A stretch of 64,000 bases of DNA from Paragordius varius (Eukaryota; Animalia; Nematomorpha), in assembly GCA_964247055.1 (NCBI GenBank), contig OZ176060.1, positions 868,001 to 932,000 on the forward strand, written 5' to 3'. The notes below the pieces were generated by a model. It was given only the letters and a program-made list of their open reading frames with translations. It searched no databases and had not been told where the DNA came from. Shown in pieces: positions 54,113 to 64,000 of the stretch. How positions within the stretch are numbered: position 1 is the stretch's first letter; each line of letters begins with the position of its first letter. The translations under genes and the position numbers were made by a program.

Positions 54113-54476
54113 TTTAAGAGAAAGAAATTTTTATATCTAAAATATTCTTGTGGTTTACCTTTGAAATTCTAAATTAAAACGAAAATAAAAAAAGTTAAAG
54201 GAAATAATCTAATAAAATTGATAATAAAAAATATAATTCTCTAAAACAACATACTTTTTTCTTTATTAATCTATCTTTTTAGGGTCAATTTTACAGCGAG
54301 TTTATACTTAAACCAAGTACTTTATTCAAATATTTTAAAAGATAAAGGAAAAGGAATTCTAAATATTCATCTGGTTTCCTTGTTCGAGTTAAAACGAGAA
54401 ATAATTTCAAGTAAAAACTCGAAAAAAATAAGTAAAAGGAAATAATCTAGAAATTAAAATTGTTGATAATATTATA

Positions 54477-55808
54477 CAGTAAGAATTTAAATTCTACAGA
54501 AAAAACGTAAAAATATAAAAACAAATATTTTATCTAAAAGACAACCATACTTTTAAACCTTTTATATTTTTATATAAATACCATTTACAGTTATTGACCC
54601 TTAAACAATTCAAATTAACCCTTAAACAATTAAAATTTACCCTAAAAAGAATTATGTGTTTTAGAAACAAATATAACTTATTAATTTTATATGAAATATA
54701 TCTTTATGGCATAGTTTATTATTTTTATTTTAAACAAAATTTTTATTTTTTTAAAAAATATTAAAATATAGTAATTTTTTTTATCTTAAAAAACATATAT
54801 TTTATTTGAGGATAAATTTGAATTGTTCAAGGGTAATTTGAATTGTTCAAGGGTAAATTTTTATTTTCTAAAATATATTAAAATATAGGTAATTTTTTAT
54901 CTTTTAAAAAAACATATATTTTATTTGAGGGTGAATTTGAATTGTTCAAGGGTAAATTTGAAATTTTTTCAGTTACATTTTTATTTATAAAAAATATATT
55001 AAAATATAGGTAATTTTTTATCTTTTGAAAAAACATATATTTTATTTTTGAGGGTGAATTTGAATTGTTCAAGGGTAAATTTGAATTGTAATGGTATATT
55101 AAAATTTTTCAGTTAAATTTTTATTTTTTAAAAATATATTAAAATATAGGTAATTTTTTAAATTTTGAAAAAAACATATATTTTATTTGAGGATGAATTT
55201 GAATTGTTTAAGGGTCAATTTGAATCGTAATGGTATATAAATTTTATTTAAAACAAAATTTTTATTTATAAAAATATATAAAAATATAGGTAATTTTTTA
55301 TCTTAAAAAACATATTTTTTATTTGAGGGTGAATTTGAATTCTAATGGTATATAAGAAATTTTTATTGGTAAATTATTCAAATATAGTTAATTCTTAAAA
55401 ATATATTAAAATATAGGTAATTTTTTATCTTAAAAAACATATTTTTTATATTTGAGGGTGAATTTGAATTGTTTAAGGGTGAATTTGAATTGTAATGGTA
55501 TATAAAATTTTTATTAAAAACAAAATTTTTATTTTTAAAAATATATTAAAATTGAGGTAATTTTTTATCTTTTGAAAAAACATATATTTTATTTGAGGAT
55601 GAATTTAAGTTGTTTAAGGGTGAATTTGAATTGTAATGGTATATAAATCAAGTATTATATAGAAATTTTTATTGGTAAATCAATCAAATATGATTTTTAC
55701 CTTTGTAATTAAATGTATTTTATAAAAGAAATAAAAAAAGTATGGTTGTCTTTTGAAAAAAAAATATATTTTTAACATTTTGTCCGTATAAATTCACAGT
55801 TTTCACTG
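54477..55808. mobile_element. C-MITE, 1332 bp (internal ~120-bp unit expanded)
   Basis: TA|CAGT ... TTTTCACTG|TA, with roughly eight internal units. Confidence 0.8.
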
Positions 55809-55839
55809 TATTTGTTTTCTAAAACAAAACAAAATATTT

Positions 55840-58710
55840 ATTCCACCTTTTAAATTTAAGAATTATCTAAAACAAAGAAATACTCCAGAAAACTAAAATC
55901 ATTTCTTGTTAAATGAATTAAAAATAAATTTTTCTTTAAAAGGTTTTTTTTGATTGATGAAAATTACCAAATAATAGCTAATATGAAATCTAACAAATTT
56001 TTAAAAATATTCATTCCATCTTTTAAATCTCAGAAGAATTATTTAAAAACCAATTCTTGTTATATTAATAAATTTTTATAAAAATGCAAAAATTAATGAT
56101 TAATTAAAAGGTTTTTTTGACTGGAAATAATAATTAATATGAAATCAAACAAATTTCAAAAATAAATTCCATCTTTAAGAAGAATTATTTATAATACAAA
56201 GAAATCTCGAAAATTAAAATCAATTTTTGTTGAATAAATAAATTTGTCTTTTAAAAACGCTCTTTTAAATGCAAAACGTTTTGATTGATTGGGAAAAAAA
56301 AAGTTTTTTTGACTGGAAAATTACCAAATAATAGCTAATATGAAATTTTTTAAATTTTCAAAAATATTCATTCCATCTTAAATTTTAAAAAAAATTATCT
56401 AAAACTAAGAAGTTTCAATTTAAAATCATTTCTTGTTGAATAAATAAATTTTTCTTTTAAGATTTTTTTTTAAATCTAAACGTTTTGATTTTTAAATAAA
56501 GAGGTTTTTTTTAACTAGAAAATCTACCAAATTATAGTTTACAAAATTTCAAAAATAAATTCCATCTTTAAGAAGAATTATTTATAAAACTCGAAAATAA
56601 AAAGGTTTTTTTGATTGTTGAAAATTACCAAATAATAGTTAATATGAAATTTCACAAATTTTCAAAAATAAATTCCATCTTTTAAATTTAAAAGAAAAAT
56701 TATTTAAAACAAAGAGGTTTTTTTGACTGGAAAATTACCAAATAATAGATATTTTACAAAATTTCAAAAATATTCATTCTATTATTTAAATTTAAAAGAT
56801 AAGAATTATTTAAAAAACTCGAAATAAAAATTATTTCTTGTAAAAACTCATAATTTTCAAAAATATTCATTCCATCTTTTAAATTTAAAAAAAAGAATTA
56901 TCTAAAACAAAGATTTCTCGAAAACTAAAATCATTTCTTGTTGAATGAATAATAATTTTTTTGAAAATATTCATTCCATCTTTAAGAAGAATTATTTATA
57001 AAACTCAAAAATAAAAAAGTTTTTTTGACTGGAAACCAAATATATATCATATTTTAAATAAATTCCATCATTTAAATTTAAAAGGAGAATTATTTATAAA
57101 ACTCAAAAATTTATAAAAAAGGTTTTTTTGATTGATGAAAATTACCAAATAATAGCTAATATGAAATTTCATAATTTTAAAAAATATTTATTTCATTATT
57201 TAAATTTAAAAGAAAAATTATCTAAAACAAAAAACTCTAGAAAATTAAAATCATTTCTTGTTGAAACAAAAAAAATTTCTTTTAAAAAATATTTATTCCA
57301 TCTTTTAAATCTAAGAAGAATTATCTAAAACAAAAAGAAATCTAAAATAATTTCTTGTTAAATTAATAATTTATTTAAAAAAATCCAAAAATAATCTTTA
57401 TAGTTAATAAAAGTTTTTTTGACTGCAAAATTATTAAATAATAGATGTTTTACAAAATTTCAAAAATATTCCATCTTATATATTAAAAGAATTTATAAAA
57501 CTCGAAAATAAAAAAGTTTTTTTGAATGGAAAATTACCAAATAATAGATATTTTACAAAATTTCATGATTTTCAAAAATATTTATTCCATCTTTTAAATC
57601 TAAGAGAAGAATTATCTAAAACAAAGAAATCTAGAAAATTTAAAATCAATTCTTGTTAAATTAATAAATTTTTCTTTTAAAAATGCTGTTTTAAATCTTA
57701 GAAGAATTATTTAAAATTAAAATCATATCTTGTTAAATAAATAAATTTTTCTTTTAAAAATGCTTTTAAATGCAAAACGTTTTGATTTATTAATAAAAAA
57801 GTTTCCTTTAAAAATACTCTTTTAAATGAAAATTACCAAATAATAGCTAATATGAAATCTAACAAATTTTTCAAAATAAATTCCATCTTTTAAATTTAAA
57901 AGAAGAATTATCTAAAACAAAGACGTCTTCAAAAATTTAAAATCATTTCTTGTTAAAAAATAATTAACAAAAAAAAATCCAAAAAAAAAATTTAGATTAA
58001 TTAATAAAAAGGTTTTTTTTATTAATAAAAAAGTTTTTTAATTGAAAAATACCAAATAATAGATATTTTTCAAAATTTCAAAAATAAATTCCATCTTTAA
58101 GAAGAATTATTTATAAAACTCGAAAATTAAAAAACTTTTTTTGACTGGAAAATTACCAAATAATAGATATTTTACAAAATTTCAAATTTTTAAATAAATT
58201 CCATCTTTTAAATCTAAAAGAAGAATTATCTAAAAATAAAGAGGTTTTTTTTATCTAAAATCATTTCTTGTTAAATAAATAAATTTTTTTTAAAAAAATA
58301 TAAATTCCATCTTTTAAATTTTCAGAAGAATTATTTAAAACAAAAAGGTCTCGAAAATTAAAATCAATTGTTGTTAAATATAAATTTTTCTTTTAAAAAT
58401 AAAAAAGTTTTTTTAAATGAAAATTACCAAATAATATGAAATTTCATAATTTTCAAAAATATTTATTCCATCTTTAAGAAGAATTATTTATAAAACTCGA
58501 AAAGGTCTTCAAAAATTAAAAATGATTTTTTGATAAATTAATAAATTTTTTTTAAAAAAATCCAAAAATAATCTTTATAATAGTTAATAAAGCTTTAATT
58601 TATTAAAAAAAAGGTTTTTTTTGATTGGAAAATCTACCAAATAATAGATATTTTACAAAATTTCAAAAATAAATTCCATCTTTAAGAAGAATTATCTAAA
58701 ACATAGAGAT
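55840..58710 (+). repeat. Satellite family A, block 8
   Basis: A modules. Confidence 0.93.
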
Positions 58711-59841
58711 TTTATAATCCATAATATTCCTGTGGCTTTCAAATGAAAAACTCGAAAAAAATAAGTAAAAGGAAATAATCAAGAAATTGAAATTGTTAAT
58801 TTTAATAAAAATATTATTTTCTAAAATAAAAATTTTTTCTTAAAAAATCTCTTTTACTTAAAAGTTATTAATATTACAGCGAGTATATACTACATTACTC
58901 AAGTATTTAAAAACAAACTTTTATTCTAATAGAAATTCAAATTAAAAACTCGAAAAAAATAAGTAAAAGGAAACAATCTTATTAAAATTTTTAACAATAT
59001 AATTGAAATTGTTATTAAACACTTTTTTCTTTATAAATCTCTCTTTTTAAGCCTTTCAATATTACAGCGAGTATATACTACATTACTCAAGTATTTTAAG
59101 ACAAAGACTTTTATTCTAATAAATTATTTAAAGTAAAAACTCGAAAATAAAAAAGAAGTAAAAGGAAATAATCTAGAAATTAAATAAATTAAAATTGTTA
59201 ATTATAATTTTAATAATAATAATAATATTATTGTTTTCTAAAACAAAACACTTTTTTTCTTGATAAATCTCTGTAGATAGAAATTCAAATTAAAAAAACT
59301 CGAAAAAAATAAGTAAAAGGAAACATCTAATTAAAATTTTTAACAATCTAATTGAAATTGTTATTAAACACTTTTTTCTTTATAAATCTCTCTTTTTAAG
59401 CCTTTCAATATTACAGCGAGTATATACTACATTACTCAAGTATTTTAAGACAAAGACTTTTATTCTAATAAATTATTTAAAGTATACACTCGAAAATAGA
59501 AAAGAAGTAAAAGGAAATAATCTAGAAATTAAATAAATTAAAATTGTTAATTATAATTTTAATAATAATAATATTATTGTTTTCTAAAACAAAACACTTT
59601 TTTTCTTGATTAATCTCTATAGATAGAAATTTCAAATGAAAAAACTCGAAAAGAAAAACTCGAAAATATAAAAAGGAAATAATCTAGAAATTAAAATTGA
59701 TAATAATAATAATAATATTATTCTCTAAAACAAAACACTTTTTTCTTAATAAATCTCTGTAGATAGAAATTCAAGTAAAAACTCGAAAAAAAAATAGTAA
59801 AAGGAAATAATCTAATTAAAACTAAAATTGTTGATAATTTA

Positions 59842-60527
59842 CGGTAAAAATTTAAATTTACGGAAAAAAACGTAAAAATATAAAAACCAATATTTTATTC
59901 AAAAGACAACCATACTTTTAAAATCTTTATATTTTTATATATATATACCATTTACAGTTCAAATTCACCCTAAACAATTAAAATTTACCCTAAAAAGAAA
60001 TTATGTGTTTTAGAAACAAATATAACTTATTAATTTTATATGAAATATATCTGTATGGCATAGTTTTTAATTTTTCAGTATATTTAAAAAACAAAATTTT
60101 TATTTTATTTTTTAAAAATATATTAAAATATAGGTAATTTTTTATCTTAAAAAACATATTTTTTATATTTGAGGGTGAATATGAATTGTTTAAGGGTGAA
60201 ATTTGAATTCTAATGGTATATAAAATTTTTATTTAATACAAATTTAATTTTTAAAAAATATATTTAAATATAGGTAATTTTTTATCTTTTGAAAAAACAT
60301 ATATTTTATTTGAGGGTGAATTTAAATTGTTCAAGGGTAAATTTGAATTGTAATGGTATATAAATCAAGTATTATATGGAAATTTTTATTGGTAAATCAA
60401 TCAAATAAGTATTTTTCATAATCAAATGTTTTTTATAGAAGAAATTAAGGTTTAAAAAGTATGGTTGTTTTTTGAAAAAAAAATATATTTTTAACATTTT
60501 GTCCGTATAAATTCACAGTTTTCACTG
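59842..60527. mobile_element. C-MITE, 686 bp
   Basis: TA|CGGT ... TTTTCACTG|TA. Confidence 0.8.
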
Positions 60528-62384
60528 TATTGGTTCTAAAACAAAATACTTTTTTTTTTCTTGATAAATCTCTATAGATAGAAATTTCAAATGAAAAACT
60601 CGAAAAAAATAAGTAATCTAATTAAAATTTATAATAATATTATTCTTTGAAACAAAACACTTTTTTTCTTAATAAATCTCTTTTACTTAAAAGCTTCAAT
60701 ATTAAAGCGAGTATATACTACATTACTCAAGTATTTTAAGACAAAAACTCGAAAAAATTAAGTAAAGGAAATAATCTAATTAAAATTTATAATAAAAATA
60801 ATATTATTCTCTAAAATAAAAACTTTTTTCTTGATAAATCGCTGTTTTAAAGCTTTCAATATTACAGCGAGTATATACTATATTACTCAAGTATTTTAAA
60901 AGCAAGGTTTTATCAATTATTCTGTGGATTTCCTTTGAAATTCCTTTGAAATTTCAAATAAAAAACTCGAAAATAAAAAAAAGAAGTAAAAGTAAATAAT
61001 CTAGAAATTGAAATTGTTAATATGATTTAATCTCTAAAACAACACACTTTTTTTCTTGAAAAATTGCTTTTTCTTAAAAGCTTAACAATATTAAAGCGAG
61101 TATATACTTAATTACACAAGTTTTTTTAAAAAACAAAGACTCTTATTCTAATAGAAATTTCAAGTAAAAACTCGAAAATTAAAAAAATAAAAGGAAATAT
61201 CTAGAAATTAAAATTGATAATAAAAATAATTTATTCTCTAAAACAAAACACTTTTTTTCTAATTAATCCCTTTTACTTAAAAGCTTCTTAATATTACAGC
61301 GAGTATAAACTTAATTACTCAAGTATTTAAAAAACAAAGACTTATTCTAAAATATTCATCTGGCTACCTTGTTTGGGTGAGAATAAGAAATTAAAATTTC
61401 AAATAAAAGACTCGAAAATACAAAAATAGAAGTAAAAGGAAATAATCTAGAAATCGAAATTGTCAATTATAATAATAATAATAATATTATTATTTGTTCT
61501 CTGAAACAACTTTTTTTTAATAATTCTCTTTTACTTAAAAGCTTAACAATATTAAAGCGAGTATATACTACATTACTCAAGTATTTTAAGAAAAGAGATT
61601 TTTTTAATATAAAATATTACTGTGGATATCCTTTGAAATGCCAAATGAAAAACATAGTAAAAAAAGTAAAAGGAAATAATCTAATAAAATTGATAATAAA
61701 TATTATTATTCTTTAAAATAAAGTTTTTTTAATAAGTTTTCTTTTACTTAAAAGCTTGTTAATATTACAGCGAGTATATACTACATTACTCAAGTATTTT
61801 AAGACAATACTTGAATAAAATAAAATAAAAGGAATTAATCTAGAAATTGAAATTGTTGATAATAAAAAAGGAAACAATTCAGAAATTGAAATTGTTTATA
61901 ATAATATTATTATCTATAATAAACACTTCTTAATAAATCTCTATAGATAGAAATTTAAAATTATAATTCTCGAAAAAATTAAGTAAAAGCAAATAATCTA
62001 ATTAAAATTTATAATAATCTAATTGAAATTGTTAATAAACATATTTTTTCTTGATAAATTTTTTTTACTTAAAAGCTTCTTAATATTACAGCGAGTATAT
62101 ACTACATTACTCAAGTATTTTAAAATGAAAACTCGAAAAAAATAAGTAAAAGGAAATAATATAATTAAAATTGATTATAATATTTATAATTCTCTAAAAT
62201 AAAGATTTTTTTAATCTCTCTTTTAAAGCTTTTATTATTACAGCGAGTATATACTTAATTATTCAAATATTTATAAAACAAAGACTTTATTTCTAATAGA
62301 AATTTCAAATATAAACTCGAAAATAAAAAAATAAGTAAAAAGAAAGTTAATTAAAACTAAAATTGAATTGTTTATAATTCTATA

Positions 62385-62923
62385 CAGTAAAAATTTAAAT
62401 TCTACGGAAAAAACGTAAAATATAAAAACCAATTATTTTTATCTAAAAGACAACCATACTTTTAAAATTTATATTTTTATATATATACCATTTACAGTTC
62501 AAATTCACCCTTGAACAATTCAAATTCACCCTTAAACAATTCAAATTTACCCTAAAAAGAAATTATGTTGTTTTAGAAACAATTATAACTTATTAATTAT
62601 ATGAAATATATCTTTATTGCATAGTTTATTATTTTTATTTAAAACAAAATTTATATTTTTAAAATATATATTAAAATATAGGTAATTTTTTATTTTAAAA
62701 TCACACATAAATTTTATTAGAGGGTGAATTTGAATTATTTAAGGGTAAATTTAAATTGTAATGGTATATAAATCAATATAGAAATTTTATTGTTAACTCA
62801 ACAAATATGATTTTTACATTGTAATCAAATGTTTTTTATAGAAGAAATTTAAAAAGTATGGTTGTCTTTTGAATAAAACATATATTTTTACATTTTGTCC
62901 GTATAAATTCACAGTTTTCACTG
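62385..62923. mobile_element. C-MITE, 539 bp
   Basis: TA|CAGT ... TTTTCACTG|TA. Confidence 0.8.
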
Positions 62924-64000
62924 TATTTGTTATAAAATAAAACACTTTTTTTCTTGATAAATTTCTGTAGATAGAAATTTCTTATTATAAAACTGGAAAA
63001 AAATAAGTAAAAGCAAAAAATCAAATTAATATTTATAATAATCTAATTAAAATTGTTAATAAAGACTTTTTTTTCTTGATAAATCTCTATAGATAGAAAT
63101 TTAAAATTATAAAACTCGAAAAAAAACAAGTAAAAGGAAATAATCTACAAATTGAAATTGTCAATTATAATAATAATAATAATATTCTTTATATAAACAC
63201 TTTTTTTTGATAAATCTTTTTTTTACTTAAAAGCTTCTTAATATTACAGCGAGTATTTACTACATTACTCAGTATTTTAAGAGCAAGGTGATATAAATCT
63301 AAAATATTCATGTCCTTGTTTAGAACAAGAAATAAATATTTTAAATTATAAACTCGAAAAAAATAAGTAAAAGGAAATAATATATAATTAAAATTTATAA
63401 TAATAATAATATTAGTCTATAAAATAAAGTTTTTTCTTAATAAATCTCTTTAGATAGAAATTTCAAATTAAAAAACTCGAAAATAAAATAAAATAATCTA
63501 GAAATTGAAATTGTTAATAATAATAATATTATTTGTTCTCTAAATTAAACACTTTTTTCTTAATAAATCTCTTTTACTTAAAAGCTTATTAATATTGCAG
63601 CGAGTATATACTTAATTACTCGAGTATTTTAAGAGAGAAAGGTTTTTTTAATCTAAAATATTCTTCTGGCTTCCTTGCTCGAATGAGGGCGAAAAATAAT
63701 TTCAAAAAAAACTCGAAAAAAATAAGTAAAAGGAAATAATCTAGAAAAATTGATAATAAATATAATATTTTTCTTTAAAATAAACACTTTTTTTCTTAAT
63801 AAAACTCTTTTACTTAAAGCTTAACAATATTAAAGCGAGTATATACTACATTACTCAAGTATTTTAAGAGAAAAAGGTTTTTAAATTTCAATTACGAGTG
63901 AGAACAAGAAATGAAAATTTCAAGTAAAAACTCGAAAAAAATAAGTAAAAGGAAACAATCTAATTTAATTTGTTGTTAATATTCTTTAAAAATTCAAATA

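Larger units (their letters stand above)
47366..55840 (+). repeat. Satellite family B, long block with C-MITE copies
   Basis: B modules throughout, interrupted by C copies. Confidence 0.93.
58711..64000 (+). repeat. Satellite family B, final block with C-MITE copies
   Basis: B modules. ~349-bp recent tandem duplication (AAGCCTTTCAAT, with the G at 59051 and 59400). Confidence 0.93.

Noticed and set aside
10069-63024. Short ORFs in A, B and C repeats (e.g. MSNVVYTRCNIKKLLSKR.., 53014-53367)
   Set aside because: These are chance open frames in AT-rich satellite monomers. Homologous monomers carry stops and frameshifts, the composition is K/I/F/N-biased, and I recognised no domain.

Overview
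Extremely AT-rich eukaryotic DNA (roughly 85-90% A+T by eye) with no intact gene. About 90% of the window is a patchwork of co-oriented complex tandem repeats. Family A is a modular ~95/~190-bp satellite (GAAAATTACCAAATAATAG...ATTCCATCTTT...AAGAAGAATTAT). Family B is a ~150-200-bp satellite (AAAACTCGAAAAAAATAAGTAAAAGGAAA...CAGCGAGTATATACTACATTACTC). Family C is a TA-flanked CAGT...ACTG MITE fixed at one site of the B monomer. Minor families are labelled E, F, H and I. Two coding remnants stand out, neither correctly called by the ORF track. (1) A 2,538-bp CMC/Chapaev-3-type DNA transposon (20872-23409; 18-bp perfect TIRs, TAT flanks). Its defective transposase reads through only if several tiny GT-AG introns (21, 25, 22, 24 and possibly 14 nt) are spliced out. 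(2) The complete last coding exon of an animal-type eIF1/SUI1 gene (31819-31965, EFACNGTVIEHPEFGEVLQLQGDQRKNVSGFLVKSGIAKQEALKIHGF*). Pieces of this exon and its 3' UTR have been tandemly amplified into a satellite (family D) at three places. The block order D-G-E-F-(...)-A-B recurs, suggesting a multi-kb composite unit, possibly of Helitron/rolling-circle origin (inference). The host is probably an animal with an AT-rich genome and very short introns, using the standard code. All coordinates and alignments were read by eye, so repeat-block boundaries are approximate (+/- tens of bp).
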